Source: Blastocladiella emersonii ATCC 22665
Lineage: Eukaryota > Fungi > Blastocladiomycota
Length of the DNA stretch: 64,000 bases
Assembly (NCBI GenBank): GCA_025594325.1
Contig: JANHCV010000011.1
Span: forward strand, 1,436,810 to 1,500,809
Direction of reading: 5' to 3'
Shown here: positions 22,509 through 33,522 of the stretch, in pieces
Layout: each line of letters opens with the position of its first letter
Position numbering within the stretch: the stretch's first letter is position 1
Translations under genes and position numbers: made by a program
The notes under the pieces: generated by a model
The model's input: only the letters and a program-made list of their open reading frames with translations
The model's database searches: none
What the model was told of the DNA's origin: nothing

Positions 22509-25463
22509 TCAGAACCGCGCGGCGTCGACGAGCGCCTGCGCGCCAGCCTTGACCAGCTTCTGCGCGGCCTCGAGCCCGCTCGTGGCCGTGGTGGCGAGGT
22601 GCTGCTTGCCGTCGACGCTCCAGACGTGGGCCTCGACCTCGATCTTGCCGTCATCGCGGCGCACCGTGTTCACGGCGACGGGGACCTGGCACCCGCCCTG
22701 GATGGCGCGGAGGAAGTCGCGCTCGTGGTCGCACGTCAAGCGGGTCTCGGCGTCCTCGATCGCCTTGACGAGGCGGTGCATACCGGCGTCGCGCGCGCGG
22801 ATCTGCACGCCAATGGCGCCCTGCGAGACGGCCGGGACCATGACGGCGGGATCGATCGGCTGGACGTGCACGCCGGCGAGGGCCTCGGTCGCGTTCGGGA
22901 GGCGCGCGAGGCCGGCGACGGCGAGGACGATCGCGTCGTAGTGCACGTCGGCAGTCGCGGCGTGGGTGCCGAGGAGCTTGGCGATGCGCGTGTTGAGGTT
23001 ACCGCGGACGTCGATGATGCGGAGGTCCGGACGCGCGGCGGCGAGCTGGGCGCGGCGGCGGAGCGACGAGGTGCCAACGGTGGCGCCCGAGGGCAGGGAC
23101 TCGATGGTGTAGGCGTGGCCGGCGCGCGAGACGAGGGCGTCGCGCTTGTCCTCGCGGGCGAGCACGGCGCCGAGGGCGAGCGCGGGCGGCTGCGTGGTCT
23201 CGAGGTCCTTGAGCGAGTGCTGGACGAGCGCGACGGCGCCCGACTGCAGCGCGACCTCGAGCTCCTTGGTGAACAGACCCTTGTCGCCGATCTTGGCCAG
23301 CGCGACGTCGAGGATCTTGTCGCCCTTGGTCATGACGCCGTCGATGCGGAAGCGGTGCGCGGGCTGCGGGTTCCATCCGCTGGTAGCTGACGGGGCGGGC
23401 GTGCGCTCGGCGGCGGCGGCCTGGTGCGCGACGAGGGCCTTGTGCACGATCTCGGCCTGGGCCATGGCGAGCGGCGAGTTGCGCGAGCCGAGGACAATGG
23501 TCTGGGCCTCCTCGACAAAGGCGCCGACGGACTCGGTCGACATGTCGAGCTTGGTGCCGTGGCCGAGGTTGACAATGTAGCGGTGCTTGCCGAACTCGCG
23601 GATCATGGCGCGCACCTTGGTGCGGATGTTGTCGAGCGGCTCGTACATGACGTCGGGCTCGAGGTTGCCCTGGAGCGTCATGTAGGGCCCGGCGGCGGCG
23701 CGCTGCTCGGCGGGGATGCCGGCCCAGTCGATGGAGATGGCGTCGTACAGCGTCTCCTTGACGATGCGGGCCGTGGCGAAGTTGGCGCCGCGCGGGAACA
23801 CGGTCATGGGGATGTGCGGGTGCACGGCCTTGACCCTGCGGGCGATATCGGCGAGGTAGGGCAGGGCAAACTCGTAAAAGTCGGTCGGCCCGAGGTCGAC
23901 GGCGTTGGACTCGAAAACCTGCACGATGTCGGCGCCGGCGTCGACCTGCTTGCACAGGTAGTCGATGGCGACGTCGGTGCACTTGCGGAGCAGCAGGTGG
24001 GCCCACTCGGGGTGCATGTGCAGCCACTTCTTGGCGAGGTCCTTGCCGATCATGTAGGCCATGAGGGTCCAGGGCGCGCCGCAAAAGCCGACGAGGGCCT
24101 TGTCGCGTGGGAGCTGGGCGCGGGTGAGGGTGAGGGCGTCGTAGACGTGCTGCAGGATGGCGGGCTGGTAGGCGAGGCGCTCGATGTCCTCGAGGGTGCG
24201 GATCGGGTGCGGGAAGAAAGGACCGGGCTGCATGATGAGCTCCATGCCGAGAGCCTGCGGGATGGTCATGATGTCGGAAAAGATGATGGCGCAGTCGACA
24301 TTGTACCGCCACACGGGCTGCAGGGTGATCTCGGTGGCGATGGCGGGGTCGGCGGTCATTTCGAGGAAGTTCTTGTCGCCCTTGACCTGGCGGTACTCGG
24401 GGAGGTAGCGGCCGGCCTGGCGGTGGAGCCAGACGGGCGGGCGCGGCACGCTCACGCCGCGGAGCGCCTGCACGAACAGCGTCTCAATGTACGTGTGGCG
24501 CGGGGCGATGGTGGCAGTCGCCATGGAGCGAGCACGGCGGGGTGCGGCAGCGACGAAATCGGTGCCCTGGGCGGCGACGGTCGCGGTCGGGAAGGCGGCG
24601 TTGGGCGGCAGGCACGCGGCGGGGAGGCCGGCCGCGAACAAGGCGAGAGCCAGCTCGCCGCGACGGGCAGCGACCCAGGCGTCCTCCTCGGGCGTCAGGG
24701 GCGCTGGCGGGGGCGGGAGGTCGAAGGTGGCGGGCGGCGAGACGTAGTCGGCCTCGCCGAGCTCGACGGCCTGGACGGCGGCGGCGTGGCGCGCAACGGT
24801 CGCGATGTAGGCGGTGAAGAGCGGGATCACGACGGCGTGGGCGAGGCCAGCCGAGTCGGTGCCGGCGAGCGGCAGGTCGGCGCGCAAACCACCGATACCG
24901 CGGTAGGCCTTGCCGTCGGCGGCGCGGAAGGCCTCGTCGGCAGCGCGCTTGACGGCGGCGTAGTCGGCGCTGTGGGCGATGGCAACGTCACGGGCGGCCG
25001 TGTGCCAGTCGAGAGCATCGTCCTCGTTGATGAAGTAGGGGAGCAGCTCGGCCTCGACGCGGAGGGCGGCGGTGGGCACGGACGAGGCGGCGACGGGCGA
25101 AGCGGGCTTCGGGGACGCCCCACTGTTCTTACGGCCACTGCCACGACGGTTGCGCGACTGCTGCTTCGGAGAGGCCGAGGGGCTCGCCTCAGCGGGTGCG
25201 GCGGCGGCAGCGACCTCGACCTTGGACCACGAGATGCGGACGGCGGAGGCGAGGGGCGACTTGGGCCAGCACACGAGGTGGGCGACGTCGGGGGTCGGGC
25301 GGACGAGGACGGCGCGCTCGAAGAGGGACGAGGCGGTCAGGGCGGCGAGGTCGACGAGGTCGCGGTCCGCGGCGGCCGAGACGGCGGCGGCGAGGCGCGA
25401 CGCTTCCTTGGTGGCCTCGAGGGCGACGATCGCGGCGGCGATCTCGGAGACGAGGCTCGGCAT
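22509..25463 (-). CDS. HEM12-HEM3: Heme biosynthesis fusion: degenerate coproporphyrinogen III oxidase-like domain + uroporphyrinogen decarboxylase + porphobilinogen deaminase
   Basis: One stop-free ORF. UROD motifs PVWLHRQAGRYLPEY, IFSDI, GFCGAPWT, QVFES, LQGNLEP, NLGHG. PBGD motifs LGSRNSPLAMAQ, DKGLFTKELE, HSLKDL, GTSSLRR, RGNLNTR, PAVSQGAI, GGCQVP. N-terminal HemF-like motifs ELLPYFINEDDALDWH, RGIGG, RRG. Confidence 0.92.
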   Translation of the reverse strand: MPSLVSEIAAAIVALEATKEASRLAAAVSAAADRDLVDLAALTASSLFERAVLVRPTPDVAHLVCWPKSPLASAVRISWSKVEVAAAAAPAEASPSASPKQQSRNRRGSGRKNSGASPKPASPVAASSVPTAALRVEAELLPYFINEDDALDWHTAARDVAIAHSADYAAVKRAADEAFRAADGKAYRGIGGLRADLPLAGTDSAGLAHAVVIPLFTAYIATVARHAAAVQAVELGEADYVSPPATFDLPPPPAPLTPEEDAWVAARRGELALALFAAGLPAACLPPNAAFPTATVAAQGTDFVAAAPRRARSMATATIAPRHTYIETLFVQALRGVSVPRPPVWLHRQAGRYLPEYRQVKGDKNFLEMTADPAIATEITLQPVWRYNVDCAIIFSDIMTIPQALGMELIMQPGPFFPHPIRTLEDIERLAYQPAILQHVYDALTLTRAQLPRDKALVGFCGAPWTLMAYMIGKDLAKKWLHMHPEWAHLLLRKCTDVAIDYLCKQVDAGADIVQVFESNAVDLGPTDFYEFALPYLADIARRVKAVHPHIPMTVFPRGANFATARIVKETLYDAISIDWAGIPAEQRAAAGPYMTLQGNLEPDVMYEPLDNIRTKVRAMIREFGKHRYIVNLGHGTKLDMSTESVGAFVEEAQTIVLGSRNSPLAMAQAEIVHKALVAHQAAAAERTPAPSATSGWNPQPAHRFRIDGVMTKGDKILDVALAKIGDKGLFTKELEVALQSGAVALVQHSLKDLETTQPPALALGAVLAREDKRDALVSRAGHAYTIESLPSGATVGTSSLRRRAQLAAARPDLRIIDVRGNLNTRIAKLLGTHAATADVHYDAIVLAVAGLARLPNATEALAGVHVQPIDPAVMVPAVSQGAIGVQIRARDAGMHRLVKAIEDAETRLTCDHERDFLRAIQGGCQVPVAVNTVRRDDGKIEVEAHVWSVDGKQHLATTATSGLEAAQKLVKAGAQALVDAARF

Positions 25464-25544
25464 GGTAAAGGGACAGCAGCAGGGACCCTGGAGGTGCGTG
25501 GAGAGTGAGCGGGCGGGTTCAGCGGACCGAGGGATCGCGGGAGC

Positions 25545-25567
25545 AGCTGCAGCAGCAGCAGCAGCAG
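25545..25567 (+). repeat. (GCA)n microsatellite; a complementary (CTG)n tract lies at about 25828-25851
   Basis: Direct reading of the trinucleotide tracts upstream of the heme fusion gene. Confidence 0.8.
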
Positions 25568-26342
25568 GCGCGGGAGCAGGGCGACGGACGCGGACAGTGT
25601 TGGGCGCGATGGTCGGTGCGGGTAGCGCGGCGGCGACGACGCCAGACGCGGCGAGGACGAGGCCGTAGGCCAGCGAGCAACAGAGCGGGCACGGCGCCAT
25701 GAAGAACCGGACTAGTGACGGTCTAGACGCTCACGGCTGTCGGTGGATGGTCGCCGCCGTCAGTCGAGCGCTCGTCGTTGCCGTTGCCGTTGCTGTCGAG
25801 GGCCGTGCGATCCGGCGTGGCAGCGCTCTGCTGCTGCTGCTGCTGCTGCTGCATCCGTGTGATCCATGGCAGGGGCGGGGAATACTCACCTAGCGACGAT
25901 TCAGAGTCGGGCGCTACGAGGTGCAGCTCGACGATCGGTCCGGCGGTGGGTGAGGGGGAGAGAGAAGGGATCGCGGAGGGCAGCAGCGCTTAGGATCGGC
26001 TTGGTTGGTCAGGCCAGCTCAGAGGTTCAGAGCCGCGGGCCGCGCGACAGCCGAGACCCGCGTATGAGGTTTTCGCAAGGTTTTCGCCCCGCCGTGACCT
26101 GATGTTGATCGCAAAACCGGGTCACATGCGCCGGCCGAGCACTGCGTCGTGACGAGCGGCCTGGCCACTCTACGCTCGAGGCGCTCGCTTCCGCTGCCCT
26201 CCAGTCGCTCTACCACGTAGCTCACACGAATCGACACCACGGAACTCGCTGCATCGTGCCCGCCCCCGCCCCGCCCACGCATCGACCGGGACCGCCGACC
26301 ACTTGAGAACCCGAAAACCCCGAACCGCAGCCGTAACCCATC

Positions 26343-26783
26343 ATGTCGAAGAAGGCCGCCGCTGGCGCCATGTCGCAGCTCCGCCTGCTCGTCCCCGCCG
26401 GCAAGGCCGCGCCGACGCCGCCCGTCGGTCCCGCGCTCGGCCAGCGCGGTATCCGCGCCATGGACTTTTGCCGCCAGTTCAACGACCAGACCAGCAAGAT
26501 CGTCCCCGGCACGCCGATCCCCGTGCGCATGTCCATCAAGCCCGACCGCACCTACACCTTCGTCACGCTGGTCCCGCAGACCTCGTACCTCATCAAGCAG
26601 GCCGCCGGCATCGAGAAGGGCGCCACGCGGCCCGGCGACGAGGTCGTCGCCACCATCTCGGTCAAGGCCGTCTACGAGATTGCCAAGATCAAGCAGCGCG
26701 ACATTGCCCATCTCTCGCTGCACGAGCTGTGCAAGCAGATTGTCGGCTCCGCGAGGTCCATGGGTGTCAAGGTCGTCGCCTGA
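26343..26783 (+). CDS. MRPL11: Ribosomal protein uL11, probably mitochondrial
   Basis: LLVPAGKAAPTPPVGPALGQRGI, FCRQFND, PQTSYLIKQAAG, GSARSMGVKV. Confidence 0.93.
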   Translation: MSKKAAAGAMSQLRLLVPAGKAAPTPPVGPALGQRGIRAMDFCRQFNDQTSKIVPGTPIPVRMSIKPDRTYTFVTLVPQTSYLIKQAAGIEKGATRPGDEVVATISVKAVYEIAKIKQRDIAHLSLHELCKQIVGSARSMGVKVVA

Positions 26784-27056
26784 TCCCTTTCTTGTCTGTT
26801 TCCCTGCCCTACTCTTCCCGCATCCCGTATATACATAAGCTGATCATTTCTAGTCAAAAGTGTCTCGCAATGACTCGCAGCGGTGCGCGGGCTGAGCAGT
26901 GACGGTGGGCCGCTCATGAACTCGGTCGGACTCGAAGACGCGGACGGACGCTTCTCACCACCGACCTCGCCCCGCATGCATCCCCTCCTCTCCGAGCACA
27001 CCCCTACACTATCTGCAACGTAATCGACTCTTCGCAACCTACGCACAGCATCCCGC

Positions 27057-29016
27057 ATGGACTCGTTCGGCCTCCCCTACGGCTCGGTCCATGCTCGCCT
27101 CCGCGACGCCGAGCTGCGAGGCCTCTCGCGCCTGCGCCAGGGCAGTACGTCCCGTCCCCGCATCACCTTGCATATGCCTCTCGCTAAGTGTCATCGTCGT
27201 AGCGAGCACCCGCCCGCGCCTTCTCGACCTCGTCAGCAACCCGCGCATGTACCACGCCTGCGTCAACACGGCCATGGTCCCCGTCCCGACCTACGCCGCC
27301 CACTACGCCCCCAAGGCCACGGGCACCCGCTTCCTCGCCACCGCCGACGAGGCCGGCACCGTGTGCGTGCTCGACACGGACAACGACCCCGAGTCCATGC
27401 TCGTCGCCCGCTTCACGGCCCACGCCAACGCCATCTTTGACGTGCAGTGGCACCCGACCGACCCGTGCATCGCCACCGCCTCGGGCGACCAGACCGTCGT
27501 GCTGTGGGACCTCGAGCGCCAGTCGTCGGTCGCGCTCTTCTCGGCCCACAAGTCGTCGGTCCGCTCCGTCGCCTTCAACCCCTTCGACCCCGCCATGCTC
27601 GCCACCACCTCGCGCGACGGCTCCATCATCATCTGGGACACGCGGTGCGCCGGTGTCGCTATGGCCAACGGCGCCGGGACCGCGTTCGGCGCCGCGAACG
27701 TGATCCGCCACGCGCACGCCCTGCCCGGGTCCGGCTCGTCGGCCGCCGCCATCTCCGTGTCGGCCGCCGTCTTCACGCGCGAGCGCACCGTGGCGAGCGC
27801 CGGCGCCGGCGACGGCGTGGTGCGCGAGTGGGACGTGCGCAAGCTCGGGTCGCACAACAGCCGCGTGCGCGCGAGCCCCGCGGCCGCGTCGTGCGACCTG
27901 ACCGAGGGCCGCCGCGCGCGCCGGTTCGGCCTGACGCACCTGGCGCTCGATGCGCTGCGCGACACGCTGTACGCGGTCGGCATGGACTCGCGCGTGTACG
28001 CCGTAGACGCGACGACGCTCCAGCCGCTGCGCGTGTACGGGTCGCGCCACTTCACGCCGTCGCTGTACACGCGCGCGTCCGTCGACCCGTCGGGCGCGTT
28101 CCTGGCGGTCGGGTCGACGCAGCACAATGCGCTGCTGTTCGAGACGGCGCGCCCGGACCGCGCCCCGCTCGCGCTGCGCCACGGCCACACGGCCGAGGTG
28201 TCGTGCGTGGCCTTCTCGCAGTCGTCGGTCGCCGTGCGCCTCGCCACGTGCTCGGACGACGCCACGGTGCGCATCTGGCGCGAGGCGCCCGACGACGCCG
28301 ACCGTATCCGCAACGCCGGCGCCGCGTCCGCTGGTGACGCTGACCTCGCGTTCAAGTCGTGGGCGTGCGCCGAGGTGGCCGACGACGCGCCCGCCGAGTT
28401 TCCGGACGCGTGGGACCGCGCCGCACACGGGCCCGACGACCCGCACATGGCGGCCGCGCTCGAGCAGGCGGCGGCGGCGGTCGCTGCCATGGACGTGGAC
28501 AAGGTCCTCTCGTCGCCCGCCCGCGCGCCGTCGATGCCCGAGCTCGTGGCGGTACACCGGCCCGCGTCGTTTTCGCTGTTCGCGTCGTCCAACTCCAGCT
28601 CCAACTCGGGCTCGGCGTCGAACCTGCCCGCGCTCGCGCCGAGTGCCGAGGGCGACCACGTCGTCGCGCCCCCTCCACTGCCCGAGGTGCCCGCCCAGGT
28701 ACCTGCCGACGTTCCTGCGACGCCCGCTCCCGTCGCCGTGGCACCCACATCCAGCACGGCGGGTGAGGGCAGCACAGCAGGCCGCCGGAAACGCACGCTG
28801 CTCGACTTTTTCGGGTCTCCGCAGGCGGTTGCGGCCGCCGAGTCGCCGTCCCGCGCGGCTGCTTCGTCGTCCTCGCGTCCAAGCGCGGCCCGCAGCGCCG
28901 GCAACGGCAGCAGCGCGAGCAAGCGGCGCGTCACCGGGTCTGCGTGGACGCCGTCGCGGAGCATGTCGGCTTCCTCGAGCTCATCCTCGTCGTCGTCCAA
29001 GCGCGCCAAGCGATAG
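27057..29016 (+). CDS. CDT2: Cdt2/DTL WD40 substrate receptor of CRL4
   Basis: LATADEAGTV, AHANAIFDVQW, ATASGDQT, HKSSVRSVAF, SRDGSIIIWDTR, GAGDGVVREWDVRK, GHTAEVSCVAF, TCSDDATVRIW, disordered tail with a PIP-like motif. One intron near 27146-27202. Confidence 0.85.
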
Positions 29017-29096
29017 CCAGCGCGCGCGCAAAACCATTTTGGATCACTAAGTGTACTTTTGATCATATAATATATCCCGCATCCACGCGCCCTATA

Positions 29097-30423
29097 TTAC
29101 ACGATGACGCGCAGCAAATACTTCATAAACTTCCACATGCCGACGCTGGACTCGACGTTGCCGTGCGGGTCCGTGGTGCGCTCGGGGAAGGCGATGCCGT
29201 AGCCGCGGACGCCGGGGAGTGCGGCGCCTGTGACCTTGTTGACGAGGTCGCCCGTGGCCACGTCGTGGGCGATTTCCCGGACACCGGCGATGGCAGGTAC
29301 AGGCCGCGGGCGGTACCCGACGGCGTAGCAGACGTGGGTGACGCCCGTGAGGTACTTGGCGTAGACGGCGGGCTCGTCGGCCTCGTCGGCGGGGAGCTGG
29401 ATGCGGTCGACGCCGACGCGGCGCGCGGCATCGAGGTCCTCGAGGTTGGCCTTGGCCCACTTGGCAGCCATGCCCTTGAGCCCCGTGTTGTCGTAGAGAA
29501 TCCAGCCGTCGGGCATGTCGACGGCGTACTTGAGCGGGTGGCGGTGGAACTGGACGACGGGGATCCCGGCGTCGACGAGGTTCTTGACGCACAGGATGGC
29601 CGAGTGCGAGCCGCCAACGACGGCCACCTTGGCGTCGGGTGTCGCGGCGAGCACGGCGCGCAGGCGCGACGGCGTCAGGCACGTGTCGAGGTCAATGACG
29701 TTGACCGAGGCGGGGACGGGGGACGTGGCGGGCGGCGGGAGCGGCTCGGCGCCCGTGCACAGGAAGACGCGGGCGGCGGACAAGGTGGTGGAGGCGGGCG
29801 CGGCCGAGACGTCGGGGACGCGGGCAAAGTCGTCCTTGACGCCCCCGTGCACGGGGAACGTGTACGCGTCCTCGTTGGCGGCGCGGGTCACGTCGCCGGC
29901 CCAGCCGCGGAACAGCGTGAGGCGGTCCTTGGGGACGGTGCGCTCGAGGGCGGCGGCGAGGTCGCGGCACAGGCGCTGGGCGTGGACGAGGTCGCAGCCG
30001 ACGGACGCGTCCATGGCCTCAAGCGCGGCGAGCGGCGCAGGGACGCCCGGCGGGGTCGGTGCGTGGGCGGCGGCGTGCAGCGCGTCGCTCGCCTTGGCGA
30101 ACTCGATGAAGAGGCGGACACGGGTGTTGCTATTAGGCGTTGAGGGCGGTTAGATGCATCCAGAGGGGCGGGTGCGGGGCAGGCAGCACGGACCTCGGGA
30201 CCTCGGGGTACTGCTGCAGACGGCCGCCGGCAAAGGCGGGGTCGATCCAGGCGATGGGCCCGACGCCGAGGTCGAGCAGGCGGCCGACGACGGCGACGCC
30301 CGCGGGCCCGGCGCCAATGACGGCGGCGGCGAACGGCTTGGCGGGGGCAGCGGACATCATGGTCGAGGACAGGGACAGGTGGCGGGCAAAGAGCGAGGTG
30401 CGGCGGATGGCGGCAGTGGACAT
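29097..30423 (-). CDS. FAD/NAD(P)-binding pyridine nucleotide-disulfide oxidoreductase-like protein with possible mitochondrial presequence
   Basis: AVIGAGPAG Rossmann motif, LCTGA, VVGGSHSA, YAVGY, GYGIAFPE. Intron near 30133-30190. Arg/Ser-rich N-terminus. Confidence 0.8.
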
Positions 30424-30837
30424 GGGGCACGCCTCGGATGGGCGGTGGTTAGTGTATACAGTATGATACGTTGCAAGGAGAGCGCGAGGGTGTGGACCGG
30501 AGCGAGGGCCGTGGGGGGAGCGCCCGCCTTTTGTAGCCGCGGCCGCGGGTCCTCGACCGTGCGCGACCAGGATCCAGACCAGGATCACCCGCGGCGAGCG
30601 GCCGCCGTGCCCGCCGCGCGCCGTGATGGACGGCGGGGCGCAGCGACGGCCGAGAGGGAAGAGCCGCCGACGCGGCCCGCCACCGGCCTGACACGTGACA
30701 CGCGCCGTGTCGTGTCTCGCGCCCCGTCTCGCACTCGCAGCCTGCCGATCCCTTCTCTCCCCGCTCTCGCCAACAACGGTAGACCCATGAAGCAGCCGCC
30801 GAGCGTATTCGACTTGAACATAGAACCGACCGCCCCC

Positions 30838-31548
30838 ATGGCCTCCTCCGCGCACCGGCTCCGCATCCTGTGCCTGCACGGCTACACGCAGAACGCGGCC
30901 GTCTTCTCCAAGCGCACAGGCGTGCTGCGCAAGCACCTCAAGGGCAAGGCCGACTTGGTCTACATCAGCGCCCCGCACGCCCCCGACAGCTACGTCGCGT
31001 CGCCCGACATGGACCCGGCCGAGGGTACGCCCATCCCGCCTTGAACCCTGCTACTGTATAGCGAACTCACGCCGCACACGCGGGTAGAGGGCCAGCGCGC
31101 GTGGTGGAACATGACCGATTCCCCGACGGGCCCCGTCTACTCGGGCTTCGACGCGGGGCTCGCGCACGTCGCGTCGGCGCTCGACGCGCAGGGTCCGTTT
31201 GACGGGATCCTGGGCTTCTCGCAGGGCGCGGCCATGGCGGCGCTCGCGGCGCTGCGGGTTCCGCACCCGTCGCTCAAGTTTGTCATCTGCGTGTCCGGGT
31301 TCGTGAGCCGCGACCCGGCGCACGCGCCCTGGTACGAGCCCGCGGGCGGGTGCACGGTGCCGTCGCTGCACGTCTGGGGCACGGCCGACGCGTGGGTGCC
31401 GCCCGCCAAGAGCATGGAGCTCGCCCGTGCGTTTGCGAGCCCGACCGTGTTCGAGCACGGCGGCGCCCACTACGTGCCCATGGACGCGGCGGGCAAGGCC
31501 GCCGTCGCCGACTTTCTCGCGCCGTTTCTCGACGGCGGCAAGATGTAA
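30838..31548 (+). CDS. FSH1: FSH1/OVCA2-family serine hydrolase
   Basis: ILCLHGYTQN, GPFDGILGFSQGA (GxSxG), LHVWGTAD, HGGAHYVP. Intron about 31025-31087. Confidence 0.92.
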
Positions 31549-31621
31549 TAGTGCTAAGTGGTTCCCATTATATAAAAAAGTGTTTACACGAGTGAGTCAA
31601 AATTGCTTCTCGACCGCAAAG

Positions 31622-32500
31622 CTATTCCGAGGCGGGCGCGGGCGTCGAGGACGAGGTGGCCGAGACTGTCCGGGACGGCGGACGCACAATGGGCCCGTAC
31701 GAGGCCATGGGCCCCTGGCCGGCCACGTACTCGGCGGGGAGCGGCGGCACGGGCGGGACGGCCAGCGACGCCGCGTCGGGGGCGGCGGCAAGGGCAAAGG
31801 TGGCGGCGAGCGACGCGTGCGGGAAGGCGCGGGCCACGGCGCGCACGGCGCTCCCAATGTCGAGGTAGGTGGCGGCCGTGGCACGCGCGGCGAGATGGCA
31901 GCGCTCGAGCAGGTGCGGCAGGCGGCGCTCGGCCAGGTCGTCGCCCACGACCATGTTGGCAGCCTCGACGCGCTTAATCTCCATGGCGATACCGTTGAGC
32001 AGGGTGAGCGACTGCTGGTAGGCCATGAGGTCGCGGTGCTTGGCCTTGCGCGTCTTCTGGGCGGTCGCCTCGGCGTCCTTGAGCTGGCGGGCAAGCTGGT
32101 CGAGCTTGGCCTCGTTCTGGCGCTGCGCGGCCACGGCGTCGGCGTGGATGGCCTCAATGTCGGCGAGGAGCGGGGTCTCGAGCTCGCGGTAGAGGCGGTC
32201 GCCGAGCGCCGTGTGGGCGCGGGCGAGCGAGGCGACGAGGGCGGCGAGGAACTGCAGGTCACCCTCCTCGGCGGGGAGCAGCTCGCGGGCCGAGGAGCGG
32301 CAGCCGCGCAGCGAGGCGAGGACGCGGTGCATGGTCTCGGCGGTGGTGGCGACCATCTGCACGGCGGTGCGCAGGTCGCGGGCGGCGCGGGCCAAGTCCG
32401 CGTACTGGATGAGGTTCATGCGCGGGACATCGGAGGGCAGGGCGGCGAGGGCGGCGGGGACCGAGGAGTGGAAGAGCGAGGGCCGTGGCTCGGACGCCAT
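31622..32500 (-). CDS. Helical I-BAR/IMD-like protein (Ivy1-like)
   Basis: All-helical ORF with fungal Ivy1-like features: LGDRLYRELETPLL, RDLMAYQQSLTLL, Pro-rich tail. Confidence 0.5.
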   Translation of the reverse strand: MASEPRPSLFHSSVPAALAALPSDVPRMNLIQYADLARAARDLRTAVQMVATTAETMHRVLASLRGCRSSARELLPAEEGDLQFLAALVASLARAHTALGDRLYRELETPLLADIEAIHADAVAAQRQNEAKLDQLARQLKDAEATAQKTRKAKHRDLMAYQQSLTLLNGIAMEIKRVEAANMVVGDDLAERRLPHLLERCHLAARATAATYLDIGSAVRAVARAFPHASLAATFALAAAPDAASLAVPPVPPLPAEYVAGQGPMASYGPIVRPPSRTVSATSSSTPAPASE

Positions 32501-33522
32501 GCTGCCGGAGTGGTGCGAGTGGGTCGAGTCGTTGGAGGACCGCGTGAAGGTGCGTTGCAGGGTGGCCTGCAGCGACGATATCATTCGAGTGCGTTGCAGC
32601 GAGTAGCGGTGCGGTCGGGGAGAGTGTGCGAGGGCGGGAGGAAAGGTTACGAGAGTGGAGCAGTGCAGGCTTGCGAGCAGCCGAGGAGGCGCGTTTCAGA
32701 TACCGGGTGGCGCAACCGGCTGCCTGCCACGCCCATCACGGGCCGCAGGCGTGGGAACGCGAGATCATCGCGGCCATCACGGCACGTTCGTTGCTCCGGC
32801 TCCGGCACCTTCTTCTTCCCTCGATCGAAGCGGCGAAAACACAGGGAGCAGCATCCGGTGAGTTGCGTCGGCGTGCAGGTGGCGGCGGCGTGCCCGAACC
32901 GGGGTCGAGGTTGTGAGTCCCCGAGTCTCGCTCGGAGCACGCTCTCGACCAGAACCCCTGTTCTCGACTAGGCACGCGTGCGCGTGCTCGCGCGGCGTGA
33001 ATGACGCGATGCACGCGTCGCGCGGAGAGGGGAGGGCCAGCACACATAAGGTGCCGACCCGCCCCGCTCCCCCTCGGCCGCCGGCCCTCAGACAACTGAC
33101 CATCGTCGCGACGCGCACAGTAGCCCTCTGGTGCGTGTGCTCCGAACCATGGCCGTGGCCGCGGCATCGACGCTGCCGACGCGGGCCGCGGACATCAATG
33201 GCAGGGCAGCGGCAGGTGATGCTCCGCGTGTTGCGCGGTCGCAGCCACAGGCGCGCGGCGGGCCGACCAAGCCCTCGGTGCCGTCGCGCGCCTCGGTGAT
33301 CGCCTGCAGCTGCGCCGGCCGCCGCCGCAGCCGCCGCCGGATGCAACGGCCAGCTGTGACTGTGATTCGGCGACCACTGACTGACGAGGACCCGCATCAC
33401 CGTGGCGGCGCGCAGTGTCTTCTCCCGAATCTCGAGTGCATTGAGCGCGGGCGTGTGCGTGCTCGGATATAGCCTGATCGATCGCAGCGAGGAGCGCGAG
33501 GTCGCGTAAGCAAGGCTTCCGC

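Noticed and set aside
25464-25700. Extra N-terminal 79 aa (MAPCPLCC...) on the heme fusion ORF
   Set aside because: It spans a trinucleotide repeat and looks like 5-prime UTR. MPSLVSE at 25463 is the more plausible start.
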